From: Cetorhinus maximus
Lineage: Eukaryota
Reading direction: 5' to 3'
DNA length: 64,000 nucleotides
Assembly: GCF_964194155.1 (NCBI RefSeq)
Contig: NC_135881.1
Span: 17,236,001 to 17,300,000, forward strand
Positions 38,181 through 52,280 of the stretch are shown here, piece by piece. How positions within the stretch are numbered: position 1 is the stretch's first letter; each line of letters begins with the position of its first letter. The position numbers and the translations under genes are program-made. Below the pieces are notes generated by a model. That model was not told where the DNA came from, ran no database searches, and was given only the letters and a program-made list of their open reading frames with translations.

Positions 38181-38549
38181 TTAGTCAACAACTCCATTGT
38201 CATTATATCACAGCACAGGCAAACTGGACCTTAGTCTGTTCTTATGCTTCTAAAATTGATCGTTAGAATGGCACGTTTCTGTGCTGTAACATTCTGTCAT
38301 TCCAAAACAACAAATACGTCGCGTGAACAAAATATTCCCTAGGGATGCTGCCTGTGTGTTGTGAGCCTCTCCCTGCTCAGCATCAGTCCCTGCCCTGAAC
38401 ATTGATTTCCATCCAGTGTCCTCTGTTTACCGTATCACCCAATGCGTTTGATGAGCAATCATTTATAGATGACACAGTTTAGTGTTCCCAACTAATCGAA
38501 ACTCAAATGGCTTTTAAAATTCCCTGCTCCACAGCTAGGTTTTAAGATA

Positions 38550-38890
38550 GGGAAGGATATGTGCAATGGGGAGGGAGGATATGTGAGACGGGGGGGAGGA
38601 TATGTGCGACGGGGGGGAGGGAGGATATGTGCGACGGGGGGGGGAGGATATGTGCGACGGAGGGGAGGATATGTGCGACGGGGGGGGAGGGAGGATATGT
38701 GCGACGGTGGGGGAGGATATGTGCGACGGAGGGGAGGATATGTGCGACCGGGGTGGGGGGGAGACTATGTGCGACGAGGGGGAGGATATGTGCGATGGGG
38801 ATGGAGGATATGTGCGACGGGGGGAGGATATGTGCAGCAGGGGGGAGGATATGTGCAACGGTGGAGGGGGAGGATATGTGCGCCGGGGAA
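38550..38890. repeat. G-rich minisatellite, ~21-24-bp unit (G)nAGGATATGTGCGACGG
   Basis: About 15 visible units with variable G-run length. Confidence 0.95.
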
Positions 38891-41819
38891 GGCTAAGTGA
38901 TCAGTACAGAAACAGTAAGTGCTTAAAAGAAAAAAAATGTGCAGAAAGAATATGGTCATAGGATTTAACAATATTGCAGAAGAACGAATGGGAACTGTTG
39001 GGAAGAACCAAAGTAGGGTGCAGATGCTGTTTTCATTTCATTCCAGGTGGTGCAGCAGCCAGAGGCAACTGCAATGAGGACAGATGCCAGGTTTAACATT
39101 GCCGGTTGACTAGAGCGGAGAGAGACTGGGGGAAATTGCATTGGGGAATGAGCGAGCCAGAGGTTCTCAACAGGGTAACACACATGCTCCAGCATACTGT
39201 GGTTTCAAAAAGGTTTCACATGTGACCCTCAGCCATACAACGGGCAGGCCACCAGGTGAAGTCAGTCTCTGGAAGCAGTTACACAGTCTGGACAAGCATT
39301 TACAGATCTGTCCTCTACACATTTTTAAAGGTAAATGCAGGATAGTAAAATACTTGTGTACTTGGTGCAAACAAATGGACTGTCAATTTCCTACGTTGCA
39401 TCAGTCACTAACACTAAGTCTAACACCGTACAGCAAGTACCTAACTGGTTGTGAAGTCAGTTGGTATGTCCTGAGGTTGTGAAAGGCGCGATAGAAATTC
39501 TTTAGAAAATTCTTTTCTCTAGAAGTTCTTCCTCTCCTCTTTCCACTGTGATCACATCTCCAGAGAATTACACCAATGTCATGTTACTACTCACAATATT
39601 CATACCACAATATTGGCATTAACACCTATCCCAGGAGAGACTACCCATTTCATCCTTCCTTATAAAGCTAAGCTGCCCTATGGCAGCACCTGACAACCTC
39701 TTAGATAATTCCATCTAACCATCATGAGTCTATGCTATATATTCTCTATAGCTTGAATGTCTTTGCTGCAATGAAGCAATCAGGACATCACACCGCCTAG
39801 TCAATGTTTCATTCAATATCTCATTACTTCTTTACTCTTGTACTCTGTGTCCTTATTTATTCAGCTAAGTGCCTTTTTGATGCCTTTATCTAACTGCACT
39901 TGCACTTTGAAATCCATGCATTTGAATCCCTAGGACTCTTAGTTCATTCACACCCTCCAGTGAATTCTGATTGTGTTCCCCCACAACATGAATTATCTCA
40001 CATTTATGACCATTAAATTGTAACTTCCACCCATCTGCACATTCTGAAAACACGTCCACCTTTTCCCGAAGTCTTTCACGGCTCTGGAGGTTATAATAGG
40101 AGATTGCGTCCCCTATAATTTACATGCACTGAGAACAAAAGATGAAGCCAGCATCAACCCCAGGGGTAGAACACATGCCGCCCTTCTTTCCTTTCCCGTC
40201 TGTCGACTAACTTTCTCTCCGTCCTGTTACATTTCCTCTTATATACTTTTCTTAATTTTCCTAACAAGCTGTTTGTGAGACAACTTATCGAATGCCCTTC
40301 ACTAGTACAATGCTGTATACGGAGCAATGTAATAGAAGTGTTTCTGAAAGGTTAGACGAGAGCAGACAGTTTTCAGCAGCTGAGGAGTTTAGAATGAGGG
40401 ACCACAGAGGCAAATTTAAATATAATAAATTTACAACACAGAATAAGAGAACCTTTGTTTGGTGAGCCAATTAGATTCACTTCTGGGGTTAGCGTTGAGG
40501 CAGAAACGATGATAGTATTCGAGAGTGGATTGAACAGGTGGACGAAGGTAAAGTGGATGTAGGAACGTGGGAAGAGAATGGGTAAGTGCGGCTCGGATCA
40601 TTTGCTCTCATGGAGGGTCAATTGGTTGGAGCAAATTACCTGTTTCTGTGTTGTAATTCTATTTACTTCTGAGTTTTCTCAAAATCCATGCGCACAACAG
40701 CTTCACCCATCCAATCAGACACCTCTTCAAAAAAGTCCATGAAGTTTGTCAAAAGCGATTTGCCTTTACCTTCCCATGCTCCAATTCTTTTCATTCATTC
40801 ACAGGATTCGGGCAACACCGGCAAGACCAGCATTTATTACCCATCCCTAATTGCCCTCAAGAAGGTGGTGGAGAGCTGCCTTCTTGAATACAAAATTGAA
40901 TGGCTAACTGGGCTATTTGAGAATTGCTGTGGGTCTGGAGTCATATATAGGCCGGACCAGGTAAGGACACGAGATTTGCTTACCTAAAGATGGTTAGTGA
41001 ACCAGATGGGGTTTTACAACAATCCAATAGTTCCATGGTTACCAAGGCTGGTGCTTCCTAGTATTCCATATTTATTTGATTAACTGAATTTAAATTCCCC
41101 AGCTACCATGGTGAAGCTTAAACATACAACTCTAAAACCTTAGCCAAGGCCTCATGTTACCTATCAATCTCAATTCTGAAATTTTCAACTGACCTCCAAC
41201 CTCAACAACTTTCTTAGGAAAGATTATTCTAGATTTCCACTACTTTTTGTGTGAAGAAGTGCTTCCTGACATCACCGCTGCACGGCATAGCTTTCATTTT
41301 AAGGTTACAGCCCATTCCTCAAACTGATAAAATGGGATTTTGTAGCACTGTTGAGAAAAAGTATAATGTGGGGAGGATGAGAAGCAGAATAACCTGAAAT
41401 CTTTTGAAACTGTGGATGTCATGATATAGAGGTGCACTCAGATAGGCCAAATGACATTCCTTATCTGTATTTACTTTGCGATGAAGGGTTGTTTATTTCT
41501 CTGACTGACCTGCAAACAGCATTTCTCATTTTTAGTTCTGATTCTGTGCATTAGTGGATTCCTTTGTGTCTCCTGCACACAGCCATCGATTGACCAAATA
41601 CAGAAGTGTATTTATAGAATCATGTGGAAAAAAAAAGTCACCCCAGCAAAATGGTAGAGGTTGACTGGCTTACTTGGCTGGCATTTTTGTTTTTGGCTTT
41701 TTGCTAAAGTAATCAGGCACAGAAGCCTGAAAGTGGGGTCAGTAAAAGGGGCATCTCATTCTGCTGCTAGTGCTTTCTGATGGGAAGGTAGTACAGGGCA
41801 GAGGCAGGGGCCTCCTATA

Positions 41820-42275
41820 CTAGACCAGAGACCCTCCAAAACATAGGAACATAGGAAATATGAGGAGTAGGCTATTCGACCTGTTGAGCCTGCTCCGCCA
41901 TTGAAACAGATCATGGCTGATCATCTACCTCTCACTCCATTTTTCCTATTATCCCCATATCCTTGATGTCATTAGTATCTAGAAATCTATCGATTTCTGT
42001 CTTGAACATACTCAATGACTGAGCTTCCACAGCCCTCTGGGGTAGAGAATTCCAAAGATATACCACCCTCTGAGTGAAGAAATTCCTCCTCATCTCAGTC
42101 TCAAATGGCCTGCCCCTTATCCTGAGACTGTGTCCCCTAGTTCTAGACTCCCCAGCCAGGGGAAACATCCTGCCCACATCTACCCTGTCACGCCCTGTAA
42201 GACTTCTGTAAGTTTCAATGAGATCGCCTCTCATTCTTCGTAACTCGAGAGAATACAGGCCCCGTTTCCTCAGTC
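41820..42275 (-). mobile_element. CR1 3' fragment, relatively well preserved
   Basis: GLYSLELRRMRGDLIETYRSLTGRDRVDVGRMFPLAGESRTRGHSLRIRGRPFETEMRRNFFTQRVVYLWNSLPQ. Confidence 0.92.
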
Positions 42276-43709
42276 TGGGTTCAAACATCTCTCTGTGCTC
42301 TGTGAGAATTTAGAACATTAAATAGATCTAACTCTATAATAAACAATGTTATGGTCTGTATCATAAGCATCAAAAATAACTAGGACCTGATTTTAAACCT
42401 AAATATATCTTTCATTGTTTCCACATCAAATTTTGACCACTTTAGCATCCCCAATTTCAATTGTGCCTTCAAGTGCTTGGGCCTCTGGAATCCCCTCCCT
42501 AAACTTCTCCACCTCTCTACATCTCTCTTCTCATTTAAAGTACTCCTCAAAGTTTACCTCTTTGACCAAGCTTTTGGTTACCCATCCTAATATCTCTTTA
42601 TGTGACTCAGTATCAAATTCGGTTTGATACCACTCCTATGGTATCCTATTTTGAATGTTTTGACTAAGTTACAGGTGATTTGCCAATACAAGTTAATGTA
42701 GAAGCATAACTTCCTCCAGCTGTTTTTATTACCATTCAACACTTCAAACTTTAATTTTTTAAAAAAGTGATATTTAAACTTGGTTGCGAGCTTTTGTCAC
42801 AAACCCATGAAGACGTGACATGTAGTTGGCAAACAAGTAGTGATGCAAAGCCAATGGTCGTTGAAGCCATGTTGTTAAGGTTATTCAGGGATACAAATAG
42901 TTGTTCGGTAGAACAGAACTTGAGTATTGCTGAAACAATCTATCGAATTTCTCCTGAGTGAGCACTAGACCCAAGGTTGTGCCAATTTTGATAATGCCAA
43001 AGTGAGACACAGTCCAATGATTGATGAGCGTTCATGCAGGATGAGATTGAACAGATTGGTAAAAGGGTCACCAATTTACTGACACCAATTTACGCCCTAT
43101 ACTGTGCTTGGTCTGAGGTGTGCAAATTTCTTTCATTTTTTGATTTGATCATTTGTGCCGCTATTTTTCCTCAATAGATGACTGCACCAAAAACAATACC
43201 CGCTTGAAACATGCCCACATGGTAAACTCACTTAAGCAGAAGTGATTTGGAAGCACAATTAACGATGCCACCAAACATGTGGTAAATCTCTCTGACCACA
43301 TACTCTCTGAAAGCGAGGGGTTTGTTCTCACGCGTAGCTTCAATTTTGGGGTGCGTTCATCCCACATCAAATGGTAAGAAGTATTTGCTGAGTTCGAACT
43401 CCTCTAGACCAGCGCCCAATGAGGATGCTGAACCCTAGCTGGTCTAGCGCATGCACATTGCAAGACACCCATTGAATTGGCCGATTTTCACATGCAGCGC
43501 ACATGTTTGGTAAGGTTGCAAGACATACATATGTGTAAACCCAATAAAGGGACACAAGCGTGACTGTATCAACAAAATGCATGCCATTCTTAATGACGAG
43601 TCAAAATTTGTATTCATTAGATCTGCCGCTAAGCATGACCACACAGCCCGTCTCAAAAGCAAGTTTCAAAAACGTTTGTCGGACTTGAGTATGTGCAACA
43701 AGATACCCA

Positions 43710-44530
43710 TTTTTTAAATTCTTTCACGGGATGTGGGCGTCGCTAGCTTGGCCAACGTTTTTGTTGCCCATCCCTAATTGCCCTTGAGAAGGTGGTGGTG
43801 AGCTGCCTTCTTGAACCGCTGCAATCCATGTAGTGTAGGAGGGAGTTCCAGGATTTTGACCCAGCGACAGTAAAGCAACAGCGATATATTTCCAAGCCAG
43901 GATGGTGAGTGACTCAGAGGGAAACTTGCAGGTGGTAATGTTCCCCTCCATCTGCTGCCCTTATCCTTTTAGATGATAGAAGTCGTACGTTTAATAGATG
44001 CTGTGGAAGGAGCCTTGGTGAGTTGTTGCAGTGCATCTTGTAGATGGTCCACACTGATGCTAGTGTGCATTGGTGATGGAGGGATTGGATATTGAAGGTG
44101 GTGGATGGGGTGTCAATCAAGCGGGCTGCTTTGCCCTGAATGGTGTAAAACTTCTTGAGTGTTGTTGGAGCTGCACTCATCCAGGTAAGTGGAGGGTATT
44201 CCATCACACACCTGACTTGTGCCTTGTGGACAGACTTTGGGGAGGCAGGTGGTGAGTTATGCTCCTCAGAATTCCTAGCCTCTGACCTGCTCTTGTAGCC
44301 ACAGTATTTATATGGCTAGTCCAGTTCAGTTTCTGGTCAATGGTAAGCCTCAGGTGTTGACAGTGGGGGATTCAGCCATGGTAATGTGCCAATGTCAAGA
44401 GGCGATGGTTAGATTCTCTCTTGTTGGAGATGGTCATTGCCTGGCATTTGTGTGGCGCAAATGTTGCTTGCCACTTGTCAGCCCAAGCCGGGATATTGTC
44501 CAGGTCTTGCTGCATATGGGCACAGACTAT
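43710..44530 (-). mobile_element. CR1/L2-group LINE 3' fragment nested in the Penelope element
   Basis: MEYPPLTWMSAAPTTLKK..IYKMHC; family tail. Confidence 0.9.
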
Positions 44531-44775
44531 GATAGATACTGTCCTCACAGTTCACTGCATCCACCTATGTATGGGCTGTCCAAGACAGACAAAAGTGATA
44601 TCCCTTTACACCTTATCTTATCTATGACTGGTTTTACACAACATGAATTAGCCAAATGGTTGAGTGAATTGTTACAACCGATTCTGAGCAAGTTTTCCAC
44701 ATTCAAGGTGAAGGATTCCTTCACCTTTGCGTTGGCCATTCAGGGCTTGCATATCAATAGCAATGCCGTGTCCAT

Positions 44776-45383
44776 GGGCAGGATTTTCAGGTCGGCGTGC
44801 GGGCGCTCGCCCGACACACACGAGCGTGAAATTGTGCGCGCTATTTTGGTCAGCAGGCGCGCGCAAGAGTTGGGAGCGCAACCTCCGACAATTAAGAGGA
44901 CTATCAAGCTCATTAATCAATTAATTAAAGTGTATTTTTCCCTGCCCATCCAGCCTTACAGTTGGCAGGCGGGCAAATAGGCCAGGCACCCTTTACATTT
45001 TTGCGAAACCTCATCCACGGGAGGGTTGAGGCTTCCAAAATTTTTTGAACTCATTTTTCACACATCCCGGTTCAAGTGACAGAGTCGCACGTGGGGTTAT
45101 ACTTATTTCTAATATCTTTATTTATCATGGTAAAAATCTTCAGCTCCCTGAGGCAGCTCTGTACCTTCAGGGAACTTCCACTGAGCGCACCCCCGTGCAC
45201 GTACACACTTCAGCGCTCACACTCCTCCCGCCCCCACCGGGGCAGCGCTGAGGTTATCAGCGCCCGTTTCACGCTGGCTTGGCCGGTAATTGGCCAGCCA
45301 GCGCGAAATTGCAGTCAGGGCCCGATCGCGGGGGAGGGCCCATTGCCCACCATGCCCGACCGACAAAGGGAAAAGTCCTCCCC
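44776..45383. mobile_element. Non-autonomous Harbinger-type element (MITE) inserted in the Penelope RT
   Basis: TIRs GGGCAGGATTTTC / GAAAAGTCCTCCCC; 3-bp flanks CAT/CGT; RT reading frame resumes on the far side (NAVSM|CLFNIASLF). Confidence 0.85.
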
Positions 45384-48300
45384 CGTGTGTTTGTTCAACA
45401 TTGCTAGCCTATTCATTAATGTACCACTCAAGAAAGCCATAGACCTTTGCACTGTAGCACTATATCATGGCGATCCAGATGCGCTGCCATTGTCTGAATC
45501 AGTACTCATTGAATTTATGAGCTCAGCAACTTGCGCAGTTGAGTTCAGTTTTAAAGACACATGTATGTCAAAATAGATGGTGTTGCCATGGGATCCTCCC
45601 TAGGCCCAGCTCTCACACACATCCTTTGTCAGCTTCCACGAGGTATAATGCCTAACCTCCTACTCCTTGCATATTTCTGATAAGTAGATGATACATTTGC
45701 TATATTTGAATCTGCAGCTGCATGTAAAAATGTCTTTACACACCTCAGTGGGTCCATCCCGCGCTCAAATACAACTTTAAAATGGAGCAGTCAAATGAGC
45801 TCCCTTTCTTCAGCTTGCTAGTTGAGATATCCACTAATGGATTCTCTGCTACGGTTCACTGCAAGCCAACTTTCACTGGTCAATATACACATTAGGATTC
45901 CCACAGAATAAGATTGCAATAAGATTGTCCTTATCTGCAATCTCGTAAGTAAGCCATTTTCTCACCGAGCAAGCTTTGTGCTGAAATTGGGAGCATCAAA
46001 GCTATCCTACAGGATGATGGCTATCCTGATCAAATCATTGCTCACTGTATATCGCGCAAACTCATGAATGGGCATGCCCCTTCAGCTGTTCACAGCCGGC
46101 AAAGTACTGACCATACTCAACTAGCCCATGCTTGCAAAACTCAGAACATAGTGCCCGACATTAGATCAGATTCTGCGATTGGATAATACATGCTAAATGA
46201 CCCTGATTGTGCTCAGATTTACAGTGACAAACAATTTAAGATTATCAGTCACACTTGCAGTGTGGCTCATTTTTGCTCACTAGAAGCTACATGTATTCAC
46301 ACACAGGGTCCTGTCCTTTGCAGACAGAAGGAGCATGTCAACGCATAGCGCCTTTTTCAACTAAACAAAAATTTGAGGAATAGCCATTCCCTGGTTCATT
46401 CCCCATGGCAATGCCTTGACCAATCAATCAGAGTCAACCAGACCAATGCCTTGACCAGTCAATCAGAGTTGAATTTAAACAGAAGCTTGGCAGTTAACTG
46501 TTCTTTGGTTTATTCTCCATGGCAACGCCCCTACCAATCAGAATCCTGTTGCCAGCCATTTTCTCATGTGATATAAATTATTGTTCCCTTTAAGATTTGG
46601 TATTCTTGCAAATCTGTCCTGATGTGTGCAAGACACAAAGCTTTGACAGCATGTCTCTTTCTCAGTATCATTCATTATAATACAACAACATGCATTTAGA
46701 TAGTCACATTCTCTTATCAAACATCCCAAGGCATACACTCTTCCAAGTATGATATGAGCGCACAGTTATTTATTTTTCTTTTCAAGTTAAGAACAGTACA
46801 ATGGACCATCAATAAAGCAGAGTGCAGCAATACAGTGGATATGTCTGTTCTCCTTGCCCATTCACAATGGAATTCAATTGTAGACCATCACTGCCAGAAT
46901 GAATAAGAGGATTGCAACCCCCACTGAAACTGCAGTGGAGAATCAGCCACTTCTTTGCTTTAGGGCTCGGGCAGCCTTTTCATGAGTTGGATTGGCCATT
47001 CTACCTGGCTCACAAATTCGTTATTTTTCACAACGGGCCAATTCTTAAGACAGGAGCAAAGGGATATTCCAGCAAGTTTTGAGTATGATGCACTTAAAGC
47101 ATTGTTTTCAAAATCTGTTCATCGTTCCTGGAAAGGTCAGTTTTGTGAAATTAAGGAAAAAAGACAGGTTCACCCGTTGTTATTTAAGGATATGCTTTCA
47201 CTGGTAACCGTTGTGACCGTGCCTTAGGCTGCCAGGGTCCTCAGCTCTGGAATCCCCTCCGAGGCCACTCGGAGATTGCCACTGAGGCATTTTTCATTTT
47301 AGAGACTCGAATTTCCAATGACACAAACTTGCTGTAATAAGTGGCTATATAACAAGTGCTATTGACATGGCCAGGAAAGGATCAATCTGCATTTATATAG
47401 AATTATAGAATTGTACAACTCACAAAGAGCCAATTCAGCCCATCGAGTAAATGCTAGCTCTTTCAAAGAGTTATCCAGTTCATCCCACTTCCCCACACTT
47501 CCACCATCTCCTGGCAATTTTGTTTCTCCTCCAAGTATTTATCCATCCTCTTTTGAAGGCTACTGTTGAACCTGTCAGGCAGGGAATTCCTAATCCAAGG
47601 ACTAGTTACATTAAAACAAATGTGTGTCGGCTCTGGTTCTTTTGCCAATTATCTTAAATCCTCATAACTCCCTCATGATTGTCCGTTCAGTCATTGGAAA
47701 CGGCTTCTCCTGCCTTGATATATCTAAACCCTTCGTGGTTTTAAACATGTCGACCTAATCTCCTCTTAACCTTCTCCAAGGAGAACAACCCACAGCTCCC
47801 TCTACCTATCAAAGCAACTGTAATCCTTCATGCCCGGTACCATTCTCGTAAATCCCTTCCGTAACTTCTTCAAAACCGTCAAGGTTTCTTCCTCGAGTCT
47901 GGTGCCCAGAATTGGACGCAATCCTCCAGCTGGGGCCAAACCAATGTTTTATACAGATTTAGCGTAGCTGCCTGGCTTTTGTATCTCATGAAGACCAATT
48001 TCGTACCTGCTTTACTAGCTGCTTGGTTAGCCTGTCCTGCCACCTGCGAAGATGTGTGCACAGGCACCCCCAGGTCCCCTCTCTCCTTGCACCCCTTTTA
48101 GAATGGCTTCCACACCCAAAGCGTTTCACAGCCAACGGAGTGCTTATGAAGCAACCGTGCATACTGTTGTAAATGTGTAAGAAAGGCAGCCGCCAGATCT
48201 TGTGCACACCAAGGGGGCTGCCCGAACAAAAATGTGATGATCTCCAGATAATCTGGTGTATGGTGTTAATTGAGGGGCAACTATTGGCCAGGCCACCGGC

Positions 48301-48399
48301 GGGGAGCCCTCGTTTTGTTCTTTTAAAGATAATGGGATCGGATCTCTCGCATCCACCCGAGAGAAACGAGGTTTTCACGTCTCATCCCGAAATCTCTGT

Positions 48400-51300
48400 C
48401 ACACTGTGAGGTGCAAAGAAGCACAGATTTCAAACAGAATTCAACCCCCTATGGGGGGAATCTCCCGCTGGGAAACAGACACTCGCCATTACGGTGGGCG
48501 ACTGTGCCTTTTTCTGTATTCCTCACCCCAACCCTCACCTTTCTCTCTCTCCCTCTCTTTCTCTTTATGTGTTTTTTTTTTGCCCATTTCAGTACCTTGG
48601 ACAGGTAAAGTGTGTTGGTGTTTGTGTGTGTGTGTGTGTGTGTGTTTGTCTATATGTGTGTGTCTGCCTGTATCTCTCTCCCACAGAAAAATAAAGAGCA
48701 GCTCGGAATGAACAGAGAAAGTTACTGATCCGACCCCTAAAGCCCGCAAAGCAATTGCTGGGCCCTTTAAGCGGCGAACAGCTCTGTAACCCTGGCCCTG
48801 TTCTAGGGGTTATGTCAGGGCGGCGGAATGATGCGGACTTACTGGGTCAGCTTGGTTTTCGTCCACTTGTCCCTCACCCTGCAACAGGAACTCAATCCAA
48901 AATCTCGCATAATATGAGAAACAGGTCTTTGGGGTTTGGGTGGGGAGTTGTTGCACTGATCCCCATGGAAAGGGGAGTTTCGGTGCCTGTGCCTCGCGTT
49001 TTAATGTGTTGAGGGCAATTGCCGCATTTCAGGCTCAGTGTCTGACATGGTCCCTGAGGCAACACTTCTCCCCACCTTTCTCATCACAGCCACATCCTGT
49101 TAGTGTGTGTGTGTGTTTTTCTATCTTTATTAATTGGCTGTCAGTCGCCATCCCTGTTTTTAAACTGGATGTACTCCAATTAAAAAAGGGTATTTTTTTT
49201 AAATTCTGATCATGACAAGGACAGTTTTAGGACTTTTTTTTTGATAATCGAACGGGATTAAATTGGAGGGTTTTTTTTTAAATATATATATTGAAGGTGA
49301 AGCAGCGGCAGATTTAGCCGAGAGTTGAAAGCACCTATTCTCACTCACCTGGTATGAGAAGCATAAAGAAGTTTTAACAGGCTCCTTCTCCCCAGGGCTA
49401 ATCCCACATGCCCCTTTTTATTTATTTTTATCCCCTCCGTGGGTGGTTAAGCCTCTGAGGTGCTGCAAATACTCGCCAGCTGGAGTATAACTCCATCCCA
49501 CAGTGCCAAGCCGCGATTTAAACGGCGGAGAGGCAGTCCCATCTTGGGTTTCCTCGACACTTGATGAACTTAATGTTAAGGGAAAGTAGGTGCTTACATA
49601 AGGAAGATGCCACCTGGGGTTCTGCTATCGTACAGGATTCAAAAACAACACAAGCTGCAAAACACCTGCTGTTACGTCCCTGTAAAATTTACTCAACCCC
49701 AAACAAGCGGGTAGCAGGAACCCACATCCCAAGAGAGGAAAACCAAAATCAGGGACAAATGTACTTCATATATCGTATTTCACATATCTCAGATGTGTGC
49801 GGAGACTCTCTCAGCACACTGGGATTTGGGGTGATTAAAAGTCTTTGCCTTAAACCTCCCGGGCCGTGTAATAAGTCTCAGGGTTGCCAGTCCATTGCTA
49901 TTTACACTGTGAGAGAGGCAGCAGCATGAAACACGGGCACTTTTGACAGGATAGACATGGAGAAATTACTTCTGCTGGTTGCAGGGTCGGTAACGAGAGG
50001 CTCACGTTTAAAGTTAATTGGCAAAGGAACATGAAGAGATGTTGTTTTTTTACTGTGTGTTGTTAGGCGTACTAACTGCCTAACTCTGGTGGGAGCAGAT
50101 TCATCAGTAACTTTCAAAAGAGGAATCGGATACATACTTAAAAATTGAAATTTTTAAAAATTGCAGGTCTACGGGGAATGAGCTGGTGGGGGGGGTGGAA
50201 ATAGGGATAACCCTTTCAAAAAGAGCCAGAGCAGTGAGCAGAATGGTCTTTCTCTGCTGCAGATTCAGTGGGCAGCAGACTGGCCGGATGGTCTGAAGCA
50301 GGAGATGTCAAAGCTCTGCCACGCCATGGTGGTTGATAGACCTCCCAGAGGCCAGGGCAATTACACCGAGCAACAAAGGGCAGCAGGGGCCTGTTAAAAG
50401 TAAACAAACAGTCCCAGCCCAGCCCAGCCCTGAGATTAAAGAGCCACAGGTTACTTTCACAGCTGCTCGGTCTGTTCAAACAAAAAAAAAACCCCTCCCT
50501 TCGCATCGTCCTGTTTGTCTCGTTTCGGTGACAAGCACTTATTACTCTATCAACAAAACAACCGCAGCAACAAGAGAGATTCGCCAACTCTTTCTGGGTC
50601 TGAAAACCTTTCAGACTGGGACCGGAGGAAGGGGGAGGTGGAGGGGGTGGGGGGTGGTAGGGGGTTGGAGGGGGAGGGTGGTGGGGTTGGGGAGGGTGGA
50701 GGAAAGGGGGGGGTGAGGGGGTGGAAAGGAGGGGTGAGGGGGAGGGAGGGGAGGAAGGGGGTGAGGGGGATGAAAGGGGGGTGAGGGGGAGGGAGGGGAG
50801 GAAGGGGGTGAGGGGGAGGAAGGGGGGGTGGAGGGAGGGGAGGAAGGGGGTGAGGGGGATAAAAGGGGGGTGAGGGGGAGGGAGGGGAGGTGAGGGGGAG
50901 GGAGGGGAGGAAGGGGGGTGAGGGGGATGGAGGGGAGGTGAGGGGGAGGGAGGGGAGGAAGGGGGGTGAGGGGGAGGAAGGGGGGGTGGAGGGAGGGGAG
51001 GAAGGGGGTGAGGGGGATAAAAGGGGGGTGAGGGGGAGGGAGGGGAGGAAGGGGGTGAGGGGGAGGAAGGGGGGGTGGAGGGAGGGGAGGAAGGGGGTGA
51101 GGGGGATAAAAGGGGGGTGAGGGGGAGGGAGGGGAGGTGAGGGGGAGGGAGGGGAGGAAGGGGGGTGAGGGGGATGGAGGGGAGGTGAGGGGGAGGGAGG
51201 TGAGGGGGAGGGAGGGGAGGAAGGGGGGTGAGGGGGATGGAGGGGAGGTGAGGGGGAGGGAGGTGAGGGGGAGGGAGGGGAGGAAGGGGGGTGAGGGGGA

Positions 51301-52280
51301 TGAAAGGGGGGGTGAGGGGGAGGGAGGAGAGGAAGGGGGAGTGAGGGGGAGGGAGGGGAGGAAGGGGGTGAGGGGGAGGAAACGGGGGTGGTGAGGGGGA
51401 GGGAGGTGAGGGGGATGGAGGGGAGGGAGGGAGGGGAGGAAGGGGGGTCCTCAGCATTGAAAACAATTCTCAACAACCAGCAATAATGACAAGATAAACC
51501 GGTCACTTACCACTTCAAGTTTCTTTCCCCGATTCAAAGTGCTGTGGATTCCAAACAAACACTGGTGTGCAGGGAGACTCCTCAGATGTGTCAGTAAATC
51601 CACCGTCTCACCATGTCCAACCTTTAGGGTCACCCTTTGGAGAGCTCAACTCCTTCCATCTTCGCCTATTTTTCTCTTCAAATGCACAAGTTTCTTTCCT
51701 CACTTTTCCCACCCCACCCCCCCGCCACCCCACCCCCCCACACAGAAAGCCCACAGCTCTCGGCCAACCGGGAGGCGGAAATGTTCCTTTTTCCAGTCGT
51801 GTCCTTTACCTCTGGGTCTCTCTTGCTCTCTGCGGTTGGAAAATACAGATAAAAGTTGAGCCTCCGAGGAGCAGGCTGCTTGCTGTTGGTCGGAATATGC
51901 GCTGGGATGTGAATCGGTGCCGTTTGATGGACTGGGACACATGCAGCCCTGGGCTGAGGGAGGCGTTGCCCTTCACTGGGTCCTCCCCCTGCCAGTGTTC
52001 AGCGGCATTGCCATCCTCTGCTCGAAAACTGACAAGCCAACAGTCAAGACAAGGACAGAGGGAGGGAGAGAGGGAGAGAGGGAGGAGGGAGAGAGGGAGG
52101 GAGAGAGGGGGCGTGGAGTGGGAATTGATTTATTGTTCGCCCTCTCCCCGCATAACCTCCAAACAGCAAGTCCGAAGTATCGATTTGTCTTTTTGCTGGG
52201 GGAAAAAAACTCCTAGGGGCTGTTTGTGAAAGCTTTCCGCTCAGCCGAGGCTCGTCCGGGGCCAGAACACACGCAGAGAG
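48400..52280 (-). promoter_or_regulatory. Probable multi-promoter / alternative first-exon region of a minus-strand host gene
   Basis: Largely TE-poor, CpG-containing; minus-strand donors AAG|GTACTG (48596), CAG|GTGAGT (49349), GTG|GTAAGT (51511), GAG|GTAAAG (51810); GC box GGGGCGTGG at ~52108; FOX/SOX-like motifs at 50370-50410. Confidence 0.5.
50627..51448. repeat. ~820-bp G/A-rich, almost C-free compound repeat (GGTGAGGGGGAGGGAGGGGAGGAAGGG variants)
   Basis: Directly visible. Confidence 0.97.

Larger units (their letters stand above)
42770..46690 (+). mobile_element. Penelope-like retroelement, decayed, with two nested insertions
   Basis: KHVVNLSDHILSESEGFVL (~43275-43330); PPMYGLSKTDKSDIPLHLILSMTGFTQHELAKWL; FNIASLFINVP; DGVAMGSSLGP; YF**VDDTF; HCKPTFTGQY; DDGYP; LEATCIHTQGPVLCRQK; CCAAT-rich terminal repeat with hammerhead remnant CTGATGTG-TGCAAGAC at ~46619. 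Confidence 0.88.

Noticed and set aside
50216-51506. Pro-rich extensin/formin-like ORFs (416 and 318 aa)
   Set aside because: Translation of the low-complexity purine tract, open in several frames.
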